In this document: piece after piece, positions 17,234 through 27,375 of the stretch
How the letters are laid out: every line of letters begins with the position of its first letter
Numbering within the stretch: position 1 is the stretch's first letter
IMG/VR virus record: IMGVR_UViG_3300027772_000010
Location: 35,834 to 99,833 of that record
Reading direction: 5' to 3' (one strand)
Length of the DNA stretch: 64,000 nucleotides
DNA from: a virus
Program-made: the position numbers and the translations under genes
Notes under the pieces: generated by a model
The model's input: the letters and a program-made list of their open reading frames with translations, nothing else
Told to the model about the DNA's origin: nothing
Database searches by the model: none

Positions 17234-19263
17234 TGAATTATATAATAACTAGAAATCAGCAATTTTTTAAAAAAATAGGTGATTATAATTACTGTTCTTT
17301 AGAAGATATGGTTTTGCCTGAAACTATTGCATTAGATACAGAAACTACAGGATTTGATCCATTTACAGACTCTATATTTTCAATACAAATAGGTACTGGC
17401 ACTAATAACTATCTTATAGATTTACAAACTCATACAGGCAATATTATTCTTTTACAAGAAGTAATACCTTTTATTGAAAACAAAATAATAATATTTCATA
17501 ATGCAGCATTTGATTTATCTTTCTTTTTTATAAAAAATTATTTTATAAAAAATGTAAGAGATACAATGTTAGCTTCTATGATTTATTATAATGGAGATCC
17601 TTCTATAAGAAATTCTTTTAAAGAATGTATGAATAGAGAATTAAATATTTATTATGATAAAACTGAACAAGGTAATATAGCTACAGTTCAATTATCTCAA
17701 CCTTCAACTATTGAATATTGTTTTAATGACGTAGATAAACTAATAGACTTACATAATAAATATTTAGAAAAATTAACAGATTATAATGCTTTAGAAACTT
17801 ATGTTTTACATTGTAGCCATATAAGAGCTTTAACTTATATTCAATTATGTGGATTGCCTTTATCTAAAGATGCTTGGCAAAACAAAATGGATATTGACTA
17901 TAAAAAATATAAAGAAGCTGAATATATAGTTAAAGAATATATTTTTGATAATCTTCCTAAATATAGAAATTTACAATTAGAATTATTTTCTACTGAAAAA
18001 AAAATTAATTGTTTATTATCTTCTTCTCAACAAATGATACCTGTATTTAAAAGTTTAGGTATTAATGTTGAGATAGATGAAAAAGGAGTTGTTAAAGAAA
18101 GTATAGAAAAAAATGTTTTATCTAAATCTAAACATGAATTTGTAAAATTATGGTTAAATTTTAAAGAAAATGAACATAATGTAACCACTTTTGGTAGTGG
18201 TATTTTAAATAAAATACAACCTGATAATAGAGTATATACTAGATTTAATCCTATATTAGATACTGCTAGAATTTCTTCAAGAAAAGGAGAGATTAACTTT
18301 TTGAATTTTCCTGCAACTAAAGAAACAAGAGAATGTTTTATAGCTAATAATGGTTATAAAATTATAGTAGCAGATTATGCAGGTCAAGAAACAATTGTAG
18401 GTGCTGATATTACAGGAGATTTTGCTATGATTGAATCTATTGTAGATAAAAAAGATTTGCATTGTGCATTTGCCAGAGTTTTATATCCTGAAATAAAAGA
18501 TTTAACTGATGCAGAAATTATTAAAGAACATAAAGCTAAAAGAAATGCTTCTAAAGGGCCTAGATTTTGCTTTCAGTTTGGAGGTACAGGCTATACTTTA
18601 GCACTAAATGAAGGCTTACCTATTGAAGAAGGTATGCGAATTGAAAGTTTATTTAAACAATTACATTCTGGTATTTATGAGTATGGTAATAATAAATTAA
18701 AAGAAGCTATTAATAAAGGATATATTGAATATGCTTTAGGTTTCAAACTTAGATTACCTAATTATAAATATTTTATAGTTGCACATGCTGATATTTTAAA
18801 ATTTGATAATAATTTTTGGGAAACTTATAGGTTAGGTAAAGCAGAGTATAAGAATAAAAAAGAAGCAGACAAAGTATTTGATTATTATGAAGTTAAAAAT
18901 TATGCTGCTTATGAATTATTTTTAAGTAATAAACATAAGATAAGTGATTACTTTACTTTAAAATCTCAGTATCTTAGATTATGTTTAAATGCACCAACTC
19001 AAGGAACTGCAGCACACCAAACTAAATATGCTACTGTATTGTTATTTAATGAAATAGAAAAAAATAATGACTACTGGAATGTTAGAATTGCTAATGTTAT
19101 TCATGATGAGATTGTCTTGGAAGTAAAAGATTCTTTATGTGATAAATATAAAGTTATTTTAGAACAAAGCATGATTAATGGAGGTAATTTATTTCTAACT
19201 AATCCAGTCTTATTTATGAGTGCAGATGCTAATGTAGCAGAGTCTTGGTACGCTGCTAAATAG
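17233..19263 (+). CDS. polA: DNA polymerase family A with 3'-5' exonuclease
   Basis: DTETTG, HNAAFD and YCFND exonuclease motifs; TARISS, DYAGQE (A), RxxxKxxxF (B), HDE (C). Confidence 0.92.
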   Translation: MNYIITRNQQFFKKIGDYNYCSLEDMVLPETIALDTETTGFDPFTDSIFSIQIGTGTNNYLIDLQTHTGNIILLQEVIPFIENKIIIFHNAAFDLSFFFIKNYFIKNVRDTMLASMIYYNGDPSIRNSFKECMNRELNIYYDKTEQGNIATVQLSQPSTIEYCFNDVDKLIDLHNKYLEKLTDYNALETYVLHCSHIRALTYIQLCGLPLSKDAWQNKMDIDYKKYKEAEYIVKEYIFDNLPKYRNLQLELFSTEKKINCLLSSSQQMIPVFKSLGINVEIDEKGVVKESIEKNVLSKSKHEFVKLWLNFKENEHNVTTFGSGILNKIQPDNRVYTRFNPILDTARISSRKGEINFLNFPATKETRECFIANNGYKIIVADYAGQETIVGADITGDFAMIESIVDKKDLHCAFARVLYPEIKDLTDAEIIKEHKAKRNASKGPRFCFQFGGTGYTLALNEGLPIEEGMRIESLFKQLHSGIYEYGNNKLKEAINKGYIEYALGFKLRLPNYKYFIVAHADILKFDNNFWETYRLGKAEYKNKKEADKVFDYYEVKNYAAYELFLSNKHKISDYFTLKSQYLRLCLNAPTQGTAAHQTKYATVLLFNEIEKNNDYWNVRIANVIHDEIVLEVKDSLCDKYKVILEQSMINGGNLFLTNPVLFMSADANVAESWYAAK

Positions 19264-19308
19264 TGTAAAAAAATTAATAACTTTTAAAATAAAAAATATG
19301 AGAAACTA

Positions 19309-19695
19309 ATGAGTAATAAACAAAGAAGAAAGGGACATCTATTAGAACAATTAACTGTAAAAGATCTAAGAGATATTTTCCCAAAAGCAAAGACTTCAAG
19401 AAATGCATCTCATTTACTTGATAGTTGTAAAGTAGATTTAGCTTTTTTACCTTTAAATATTCAATGCAAAATGGGCTATTTAAATAATAGACCTAAATGG
19501 GATATTTTAAGGGATGAGAGCAAAGAACTACTAGAAAAAAATTATCCAAAAAATGACTTAATTCATAAACATCCGTTTATTTTAAGACATAAAATGGGTA
19601 GAACAGATATTGCTTCCATGGATTGGAAGTTTTTTTTAGAAATTTATAAATTTTATGTTACAAACAACTCAAAGCAATTTGAAGGATACCTCTAA
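19309..19695 (+). CDS. Holliday junction resolvase-like PD-(D/E)XK nuclease
   Basis: RRKGHLLEQ...VD....NIQCK pattern. Confidence 0.7.
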   Translation: MSNKQRRKGHLLEQLTVKDLRDIFPKAKTSRNASHLLDSCKVDLAFLPLNIQCKMGYLNNRPKWDILRDESKELLEKNYPKNDLIHKHPFILRHKMGRTDIASMDWKFFLEIYKFYVTNNSKQFEGYL

Positions 19696-19808
19696 TTTAC
19701 TTAGAGATAAAAAAAGTAATTTTAGTATGTTACCAGAATTATTTATTTTAGATAAAAAAAATAATAGAGAAAATGTAAATACATTGATAAACAATTATGA
19801 AATTTTTG

Positions 19809-19816
19809 TATCTTTG
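19809..19816 (+). promoter_or_regulatory. Bacteroidota sigma70 -7 box (TATCTTTG)
   Basis: TAnnTTTG about 100 nt upstream of the helicase operon. Confidence 0.45.
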
Positions 19817-19914
19817 TACTCTCAACATTTAGCCAATCTTGAATACAAAAAATTTTGTCAAGAATGTGAATAAATGTTATTTAAAATTATTTGAACCCAT
19901 TGATTAAATTATAA

Positions 19915-20415
19915 ATGATTACAGAAGAAACAGTAGGTAAATTATTAATCAATTATCCTAAATGCAAATTTCCAAACCCTTTATTAAGGAATGGATTAAT
20001 ACGATTTATTGATAATAATGAATCAAACACAGATTTATCTAATTTTGAAGTAACAAATTTAGGTTTAAATGTACTTAATGGAACAAAATATGTAAGTGAA
20101 ATAACTGATGATTTTGTTGAAAATTATTATGAAAAATTTACTCAAACTATGTTAGGTATTAATAAAGTATCTTTTAGTCCAAAATCTTTAATTAAGAAAA
20201 AACTAGAAGTATTTATTAATAAATATAAAACATCTTTTGATGAAATTTTAAGAGCAGTAGACTTTTACCATCAAAACATTAAAGATAATGGAAATCTTGC
20301 CTTCTCCCTGGATGCCCAATACTTTATAGAAAAAAATGGTGGAAGCTTACTATTAGATAATATATTAGAAATGCAAAAAGGAGTGTTTATTAAAAATGAT
20401 AAATTAGTATTCTAA
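19915..20415 (+). CDS. Hypothetical replication-module protein
   Basis: Coupled (TAATG) to the DnaB-like gene. Confidence 0.7.
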   Translation: MITEETVGKLLINYPKCKFPNPLLRNGLIRFIDNNESNTDLSNFEVTNLGLNVLNGTKYVSEITDDFVENYYEKFTQTMLGINKVSFSPKSLIKKKLEVFINKYKTSFDEILRAVDFYHQNIKDNGNLAFSLDAQYFIEKNGGSLLLDNILEMQKGVFIKNDKLVF

Positions 20416-21533
20416 TGGAAATATTAAATAGAATTAAAGAAAATAAACAACAATTATTAGATGGGTATATTAATTGTGTTCCCAATCCTTTTAATGGTAT
20501 GAAAAAGTACTTTAGTGGTATTTTTCCTGGAGCATTAGTTTGCGTTACTGCTGAGACTTCAGTAGGTAAAACTTCTTTAGCTAAATATATTTATGTATTT
20601 AGCGTAGCAGATTATATATTATCATTAAAAAACCCATCTGATTTAGATTATGTTTGTTATTGGTTTGGATTAGAAGAATCAGTAGAAGAATTTGAGATTA
20701 GTATTATTCAGTATGCTTTAGCTAAATATTACAATGTCAATAAAACTCAAGATGAATTATTATCAAGGATTAATCCTTTAGATGAAAAAACTATTGAATT
20801 AATGGAATCTACTATAATTAAAGATTATTTTAATTTAATAAAGAAATTTATAATATTTGATGACCATACGTCAAATCCTACTGGTATTTATAAACAATGT
20901 AGGAATTTATCTTATTCTAGAGGCCAACACATTAACAAAACAATTGAAACTAAAGATGGTCCATTGGAAGTCTATAGTCATTATAAACCTAATAATCCTA
21001 ATGAAATTGTAACAGTAGTTATAGATAATGTTAATATCTTAGAACCTGAAAAAAATGATTTAGGAATTCCATTAGATTTATCTGGAAGTATAGACAGAAT
21101 GGTTAATTCTTATGCTAGAAAACAAATGACTAAACATTGGAACTGGCATGTATGTTGTGTTCAACAACAACAGATGGCTGCAGGAGATTTAAATCACTTT
21201 AAAGCAGGTAGATTAGAACCTGAGCCTCAGAAATTAGGAGATAATATAAAAGTAGCAAGATCTTATCAAGTTATTTTAGGATTATTTTCTCCTTACAAAC
21301 ACAAACTAAACAATTATTATGGTTATCAAATTTTAGAATCAGATAAATCTCATGGGTTAGAAGATTGTTTTAGATCTATTCACATGTGTAAGAATAGATT
21401 TGGAAGAACAGGTGTGGCTGAACCTATCTTTTTTAATCCAAAAGGATTTAGTTTTGAATCTTTACCTGAGCCTAAAAATAGTTTAGAAATTACAAATTTT
21501 ATAAATAAAAAAAATCAAATTTTAAATGAGTAA
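20415..21533 (+). CDS. DnaB-like replicative helicase
   Basis: AETSVGKTS Walker A, VIDNV Walker B, QQ and KNRFG arginine finger. Confidence 0.85.
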   Translation: MEILNRIKENKQQLLDGYINCVPNPFNGMKKYFSGIFPGALVCVTAETSVGKTSLAKYIYVFSVADYILSLKNPSDLDYVCYWFGLEESVEEFEISIIQYALAKYYNVNKTQDELLSRINPLDEKTIELMESTIIKDYFNLIKKFIIFDDHTSNPTGIYKQCRNLSYSRGQHINKTIETKDGPLEVYSHYKPNNPNEIVTVVIDNVNILEPEKNDLGIPLDLSGSIDRMVNSYARKQMTKHWNWHVCCVQQQQMAAGDLNHFKAGRLEPEPQKLGDNIKVARSYQVILGLFSPYKHKLNNYYGYQILESDKSHGLEDCFRSIHMCKNRFGRTGVAEPIFFNPKGFSFESLPEPKNSLEITNFINKKNQILNE

Positions 21534-22263
21534 AGAAAATTTTTTATTACCCACAAAACCCCAACAACCAACTGTAGTTAATCCAAGAACTATGGTTATT
21601 TTTTCTCAAAAAAAAACTGGTAAAACTCATGCATTATCTCAACTATCTAATTCTCTTATTTTAGATATGGAAGGAGGTGCAGATTTTTATGAATGTACAA
21701 AAGTTAATATGACTAATCTTAATGAGTTTGATACAATTATACAAGCTTTTTCTGAACAAAAACCCCAGTATGATTATATTATTATTGATACAGTTACTTC
21801 ATTAAAAGAAAAAGTTCTTAATCAGTTAGCAGTAAGATCTTACAATAGAGAAGAAAATAAAAATGAATCTTTTGATTTTGATGTAGATAAGTTAGCTTAT
21901 GGCAAAGGTCAAGTATATAAAAGAGAAGCTTTATTTAAAATTATGGAATTTTTTACAAAGTTCTGTAAGACTTTAATAGTAGTAGGGCATGTATCTGACA
22001 AATCAGTAACTGCAACAGGTCAAACTATTAAAGAATTAAATTTAGAAGGTAAACTAAAAGATTTATTGGCTTTAAGAGTAGATGCAATTGGATATATGTA
22101 TAGAGACCCTGAAAATAAAAATAGTAATATACTATCTTTTAATCACACAGATGATGTAATAGGCGGATCTAGAAGTAAGCATTTAAGAAATAAAGAGTTT
22201 AAAATTTCTGAACTTAATGAGAAAGAAGAACTTATAACTTTTTGGAATCAAATTTTTATTTAA
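21526..22263 (+). CDS. AAA_24/Sak4-like ATPase
   Basis: SQKKTGKT, LDMEGG, IIIDTVT and GH motifs. Confidence 0.8.
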   Translation: MSKENFLLPTKPQQPTVVNPRTMVIFSQKKTGKTHALSQLSNSLILDMEGGADFYECTKVNMTNLNEFDTIIQAFSEQKPQYDYIIIDTVTSLKEKVLNQLAVRSYNREENKNESFDFDVDKLAYGKGQVYKREALFKIMEFFTKFCKTLIVVGHVSDKSVTATGQTIKELNLEGKLKDLLALRVDAIGYMYRDPENKNSNILSFNHTDDVIGGSRSKHLRNKEFKISELNEKEELITFWNQIFI

Positions 22264-22297
22264 TAATTAACAATTTAAACAAATAATATAAATTTAT

Positions 22298-23131
22298 ATG
22301 AATAATAACATAAAAACAGCTAGTAGTAATCCTGCAATTAAGAAATATTATGGTGTAGGATCTTTTCAACCTATTATGGTAAACCCAAGTGGAAAAGATT
22401 TGGGTGCTTTTCTTAATAGACAAATAACTTCTGAGCCACAATATTTAACTACTAAGAATGTTGAGGGACAAGAAGTAAAGTCTTTAAGAATAGATATTTG
22501 GGGTTTGCTTCCTGCAGTAGATGTAAAAACCAAAGTAACTTTTTGGTTAGAAGGCAGATATGATGTTGCTAGATCTGGCAAAACTAAAATGATAAATGGT
22601 CAAGGCTTTGCTACATATGTAGAAGATTTGTCTGTGTTAAATAAAAACAAAACTTGGTATTATACTGAAAATGCAAGAAAATGTATTAAAGGAGAAGATG
22701 CAGTAGTTGAGTTTTTTGTTAAACTTATGAATTGGGAAACTGATTTATCTAAATATACTTTGAAAGATGGAGATACTCCTCAAATTTTCTTACCAATAGA
22801 AAATTTATTTAAAGGAGATTTTGCTGATTTGCAAAAATTAGTTTTAGATAATAAAACTATTAAAGTATATTGTGGTATTAAAAGTAGACAAGTAGATAAC
22901 AATACTTACTATGATATGGAAATTTATTCTAAAGCATTTATGAAGGATAATCCTAATAGAAAAGGTGCAAAAGAAATTATAGATGCTTTAATGGGAGAGT
23001 ATGGTGGATTCTCTGGTAACATTGCTCCAATATCTGAAACTTTAGAAGAATTTAATCCTGAAGAAATAAAAGCAAATACTCCTCCTCAAACTCAATCTAG
23101 TACCTTAGGAGATAATCCATTTGCATTTTAA
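22298..23131 (+). CDS. Hypothetical protein, possibly ssDNA-binding
   Basis: Lies between the ATPase and primase genes; flexible tail ending DNPFAF. Confidence 0.5.
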   Translation: MNNNIKTASSNPAIKKYYGVGSFQPIMVNPSGKDLGAFLNRQITSEPQYLTTKNVEGQEVKSLRIDIWGLLPAVDVKTKVTFWLEGRYDVARSGKTKMINGQGFATYVEDLSVLNKNKTWYYTENARKCIKGEDAVVEFFVKLMNWETDLSKYTLKDGDTPQIFLPIENLFKGDFADLQKLVLDNKTIKVYCGIKSRQVDNNTYYDMEIYSKAFMKDNPNRKGAKEIIDALMGEYGGFSGNIAPISETLEEFNPEEIKANTPPQTQSSTLGDNPFAF

Positions 23132-23143
23132 TTAAACTCTATT

Positions 23144-24157
23144 ATGATATATGCTTTAGATCAACAGTATGAAATATTTAGGCATTATTTTGGAAGTTTT
23201 GACTTAAAAACTAGTTTTAAAAATCCATTAAGAAATGATAAAACTCCTAAATGTTATTTTACAGAAAGAAATGATACTCTTTTATTTATGGACTGGGCAT
23301 TTAATCCTACTCATTTAGATTGTATTGAATATGTAAATAAACTGTATAATTTAAATGATAGAAAGTCTAGTATAAATAAAATTAATTTAGATTTAAAGTA
23401 TAGTAATAAAGTTAAAGGTAATTTTTTATCTGAAATTAAGGGGGAGCACCAAAAAGCTCCTCTTTTAATTTTAGAAAAAAAACCTGTAATTGAACAAAAG
23501 TCTAAATATACTGGTATTATTAAATCTTTTGAAGATTTTGAATTAAATTACTGGAATCAATTTCAAATTAATTTAAATATTTTAAATAGGTTTGAAATTA
23601 AACCTATTAAGTATGTATTAAAAAATGATGTTATTAATTATTCTTCTAGCAAATTTAATCCTATATTTGGTTATTATGATAATGATGAATTATTTAAATT
23701 ATATAATCCTTTAGGTAATCCTATGCAAAAATGGAGGACTATTAAAGCTATCCTAGAAGGTTATTCTAAATTAGAGTATAAAACTAATGTTTGTTTTATT
23801 ACTTCTTCTTTAAAGGATACTATGTGTTTAAATAGTCTTGGGTTTGATGCATTTAATTTGCCATCAGAAAACAGTTACAAAATATTGCTACCTATAATTG
23901 ATGAACTATTTAGCAAGTTTGACCATGTTTATATATATACTGACAATGATGACACTGGTAAAAGATTTTCTAGATTATTAACTTTAGAAATTGATACTAG
24001 ATTAAATTATCTTAACAACCCTTCTTTTATGAAAGAAAAAGATCCTTCAGATGTTGTTAAATTTTTAGGGTCTAATAGATTATTAGAAATAATTCAAGAA
24101 AAGCTCAATAGAGATAAAGTAAATTTAATAAAAAATAATTTAGCTGTTAATTTGTAA
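23144..24157 (+). CDS. DNA primase (TOPRIM)
   Basis: NPLRNDKTPKC N-terminus, SSLKD, DNDDTG and KDPSD motifs. Confidence 0.85.
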   Translation: MIYALDQQYEIFRHYFGSFDLKTSFKNPLRNDKTPKCYFTERNDTLLFMDWAFNPTHLDCIEYVNKLYNLNDRKSSINKINLDLKYSNKVKGNFLSEIKGEHQKAPLLILEKKPVIEQKSKYTGIIKSFEDFELNYWNQFQINLNILNRFEIKPIKYVLKNDVINYSSSKFNPIFGYYDNDELFKLYNPLGNPMQKWRTIKAILEGYSKLEYKTNVCFITSSLKDTMCLNSLGFDAFNLPSENSYKILLPIIDELFSKFDHVYIYTDNDDTGKRFSRLLTLEIDTRLNYLNNPSFMKEKDPSDVVKFLGSNRLLEIIQEKLNRDKVNLIKNNLAVNL

Positions 24158-24236
24158 TTAATATATTAATGTTATATTATTTAATAATTTTAACATTTAA
24201 TTTAATTTTAAAAAGTTTTATTTGTTAAAAACACTG

Positions 24237-24244
24237 TATATTTG
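24237..24244 (+). promoter_or_regulatory. Bacteroidota sigma70 -7 box (TATATTTG)
   Basis: TAnnTTTG in the intergenic gap, about 27 nt upstream of the ATG at 24272. Confidence 0.6.
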
Positions 24245-24271
24245 TAAGCTAAACCATAAAAATCAAATTAT

Positions 24272-24589
24272 ATGAACAATTTAATTAAATTATTTATTCT
24301 AAGTGAAGGAATTACTTTATGTTTTACAGTTATTTTATTTTATAAGTATTTTATAAATAAAAAACTAACTAAAACTATACAAAATGAAGTAAATAGATTA
24401 GTTTTTAAATTAGCTAATTCTTATGAAGAAAATCGTAAGTTAGAAAACAAAATTATAGAGTTATCAAGAAGAATAATAACTCCACAAACTAACAAAAAAG
24501 AAGTAGCTTCTGAGTTAGAAAAAAATACCCCAAGTAAAAAACCAAATACTTTTAGAAAACCAAGAACTACTAAAAAAATTAAAGAATAA
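24272..24589 (+). CDS. Membrane-anchored coiled-coil protein
   Basis: N-terminal TM, coiled coil, basic tail. Confidence 0.65.
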   Translation: MNNLIKLFILSEGITLCFTVILFYKYFINKKLTKTIQNEVNRLVFKLANSYEENRKLENKIIELSRRIITPQTNKKEVASELEKNTPSKKPNTFRKPRTTKKIKE

Positions 24590-24696
24590 ATTACATAAAA
24601 AAACTTTGTAATGTATTTTTTAAATATAAAATAACAGGTTTACTTTTAAAATATATTAAATAGGTTTACTGTTTAATTAATATTATTTATTTATTT

Positions 24697-24744
24697 AGTT
24701 TGTAAGCTTAAAGATACTATGTCTTTAAGTTTACAAACTTTTTT
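24697..24744 (+). terminator. Long hairpin / intrinsic terminator
   Basis: AGTTTGTAAGCTTAAAGA...TCTTTAAGTTTACAAACT (18-bp stem) plus T tract. Confidence 0.7.
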
Positions 24745-24761
24745 ATTTTAATCAAAAAACT

Positions 24762-24986
24762 ATGCTAGAATACACAACAGAAGAATTAATTTCTAAATAT
24801 ATTAATATTGGCTTAAACAAACAACAAGCAATTAGAGCAGCTCTTATTGACATAAATAATAGTAAAAACTTAGAAAAGAAATTATCAATAATTTATAGTA
24901 ATAATAGTATAGAAATATTTGATAATCTTTTTTTAATTAAAAAAGAATTAGAAACATTATTAACTCAAACTAAACAAAATGATTGA
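24762..24986 (+). CDS. Hypothetical protein
   Basis: ORF track. Confidence 0.6.
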   Translation: MLEYTTEELISKYINIGLNKQQAIRAALIDINNSKNLEKKLSIIYSNNSIEIFDNLFLIKKELETLLTQTKQND

Positions 24987-25584
24987 TAACTTAAATAAAA
25001 TTTTACCAATACTCCAGTTTCAACCTGGATATTTTTTTGAAATAATTATCTATAAAAATGATAATTTAGATCAGCCTTATCAAAAAAATAATAATTTAAT
25101 AAAACATTATATGATTAATAGTTTAAGTGAATTATTTTTTTATTATGATGAAATGAAAAGACTGGCAAATATATTTAATGGAACTGTATATATTAAACTA
25201 GGTTCTTATTCTAAAGAACAATTAGGATACAAAATGGTGGAAACCCTTTCTAATAAATTTCAAACTAAAGATTTAGATTATTCTGATATATTTTTAACTT
25301 CTATTGAAAATATGAAACCTACTTTAAATTTTTATGTTATTAACTTGTATTTTAATAATTTATCTTTAACGGGTTTATTTAAAATAAGAAATATACTTAA
25401 AGATATTTTTTTAGGAAATGAAACTATTTTACCTGAATTAGAAACTAAATCTGGTATGCAAATAATAACAAATCCTTTTAATATTGACAAACTTAAAATT
25501 CATCAAGAAGAATATTATAAATGTACTATTAAAAAAGATAATGTAGCAGTTTTATATTGTAATAATAAAAATATATCATTATGA
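24979..25584 (+). CDS. Hypothetical protein
   Basis: ORF track; overlapping start/stop coupling. Confidence 0.75.
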   Translation: MIDNLNKILPILQFQPGYFFEIIIYKNDNLDQPYQKNNNLIKHYMINSLSELFFYYDEMKRLANIFNGTVYIKLGSYSKEQLGYKMVETLSNKFQTKDLDYSDIFLTSIENMKPTLNFYVINLYFNNLSLTGLFKIRNILKDIFLGNETILPELETKSGMQIITNPFNIDKLKIHQEEYYKCTIKKDNVAVLYCNNKNISL

Positions 25585-26291
25585 TTTTAGCATTAAGTGG
25601 TAAATCAGGTTCAGGAAAAGATATTGTTGGAAAAATAATACAATATTTAACAGATAAAGATAAAGGAGGGTATCAACACCCTAATTCTCAAGATGATTTT
25701 GAGTCTTATTGTAAAAACTTTAAACAAAAATATTGCGATTGGGAAATAAAAAAGTTTGCAGGTAAAGTAAAAGAAATAGCTTCCCTTCTTACTGGTATTC
25801 CTATAGAAAAGTTTGAAGACCAAGAGTTTAAAAAAAAAGCTCTTGGTAGAGAATGGTGTTATTCCACAGAATGGCAAGGAAGAGAACACTGGGTAGAAAT
25901 GACTTCAAGAGAGTTTCTTCAAAAACTTGGCACAGAAGCAATGCGTAATGGATTACATACTAATGTATGGTGCAATGCATTATTTGCTGATTATGTGTCT
26001 AAATTTAATCCTACAAATACAATATTAGATGAAATGTCTGATATGTCTTATAAAAATTATTATCCTAATTGGATAATAACGGATTTACGTTTTAGTAATG
26101 AACTAACAGCTATAAAAAAAAGAGAAGGTATTACTATTAGAGTAAATAGACCTGGAATAAACCTTTTAGACCATCCAAGTGAGACAAGTTTAGATACTGC
26201 AGAGTTTAATTATACAATAGATAATTCAGGCACTATTGAAGAATTAATTAAAAAAGTTAAAGATATTCTTGTAAAAGAAAAAATCATATAA
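25581..26291 (+). CDS. Deoxynucleoside monophosphate kinase
   Basis: GKSGSGKD, FA..VKE, REFLQKLGTE, ITDLRF.NE and H.SE motifs. Confidence 0.88.
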   Translation: MILALSGKSGSGKDIVGKIIQYLTDKDKGGYQHPNSQDDFESYCKNFKQKYCDWEIKKFAGKVKEIASLLTGIPIEKFEDQEFKKKALGREWCYSTEWQGREHWVEMTSREFLQKLGTEAMRNGLHTNVWCNALFADYVSKFNPTNTILDEMSDMSYKNYYPNWIITDLRFSNELTAIKKREGITIRVNRPGINLLDHPSETSLDTAEFNYTIDNSGTIEELIKKVKDILVKEKII

Positions 26292-26306
26292 TTAATAATT
26301 TTTTTA

Positions 26307-26314
26307 TAGATTTG
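26307..26314 (+). promoter_or_regulatory. Bacteroidota sigma70 -7 box (TAGATTTG)
   Basis: TAnnTTTG in the gap upstream of the RNR genes. Confidence 0.55.
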
Positions 26315-26370
26315 TAACCCTTTTTTCCCCAAAAAAAATTATTATTAATATTTAAAAATTAACAAAAAAA

Positions 26371-27375
26371 ATGAATCAAAATGAAAGAGTCTTTGAGAAA
26401 CAAGATATTTTTAAAAAGAGAGAAAACATATTACCTTATGAATATCCTGAACTTTTAGAATATAAAAAAGCTATTAGACATTCTTATTGGCTAGAATCAG
26501 AATTTAACTTTACCTCAGATATAAATGACTTTAAAATAAAAGTTAATGATTCTGAAAGAGAAGCTATAAAAAGAACAATGTTAGCTATTGCTCAAATAGA
26601 AGTTAAAGTAAAAACTTTTTGGGCAGATATGTATAAAAGAATGCCTAAAACTGAAATTGGGGATGTAGGTATGACCTTTGCAGAAAGTGAAGTTAGACAT
26701 AAAGATGCTTATGCTGAATTATTAAATGTCTTAGGCTTACAGAAAGAGTTTGAAACCTTAATAGAAGTTCCTGCTATTAAAAATAGAATCAATTATCTTA
26801 CTAAATACTTAGATGGAACTAGAAGTAAGGATAATAAAATGTATACTAAAAGTATACTTTTATTCTCTTTATTTATAGAGCATGTTTCTTTATTCAGTCA
26901 GTTCCTAATTATGATGTCTTTTAATAAAGAAAAAAATCTTTTTAAAGGTATATCAAATGTAGTTGAAGCAACAAGTAAAGAAGAAGATGTTCATGGTAAT
27001 TTTGGAGTTGAAATAATTAATATTATTAAAAGAGAGAATCCAGAATGGTTTGATGAAGAATTTGAAAACTTAGTTTATTCTGCATGTAAAAAAGCATTTA
27101 TAGCTGAGTGCCAGGTACTTGATTGGATATTTGAAAAAGGAGAGTTAGATTTCTTATCTAAAGAAACTATCCAACATTTTATTATGAATAGATTTAATAA
27201 TTCTCTTATAAAAATAGGAATGAGTCCTGTTTTTAGTCCTGACATTACTTTACTTGAGAAAACAATGTGGTTTGAAGTAGAAATAACTTCAACAAAAGAA
27301 GGGGACTTTTTTTATAAACGTAGCGTAGATTATTCTAAAAAAACTAAATCAATTACAGAAGATGACTTATTCTAA
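26371..27375 (+). CDS. nrdB: Class I ribonucleotide reductase beta subunit
   Basis: ESEVRH.DAY (iron ligands and radical Tyr), EHVSLFSQF, EEDVH and DFF motifs. Confidence 0.92.
   Translation: MNQNERVFEKQDIFKKRENILPYEYPELLEYKKAIRHSYWLESEFNFTSDINDFKIKVNDSEREAIKRTMLAIAQIEVKVKTFWADMYKRMPKTEIGDVGMTFAESEVRHKDAYAELLNVLGLQKEFETLIEVPAIKNRINYLTKYLDGTRSKDNKMYTKSILLFSLFIEHVSLFSQFLIMMSFNKEKNLFKGISNVVEATSKEEDVHGNFGVEIINIIKRENPEWFDEEFENLVYSACKKAFIAECQVLDWIFEKGELDFLSKETIQHFIMNRFNNSLIKIGMSPVFSPDITLLEKTMWFEVEITSTKEGDFFYKRSVDYSKKTKSITEDDLF

Noticed and set aside
19655-19873. 72-aa ORF after the resolvase
   Set aside because: Overlaps the upstream gene by 41 nt and contains a probable promoter; could be real but is not supported enough
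6200-26370. Repeated TTAACAAAAAAA upstream of many genes as a phage-specific promoter
   Set aside because: It usually sits directly before start codons and fits ordinary A-rich Bacteroidota translation initiation regions
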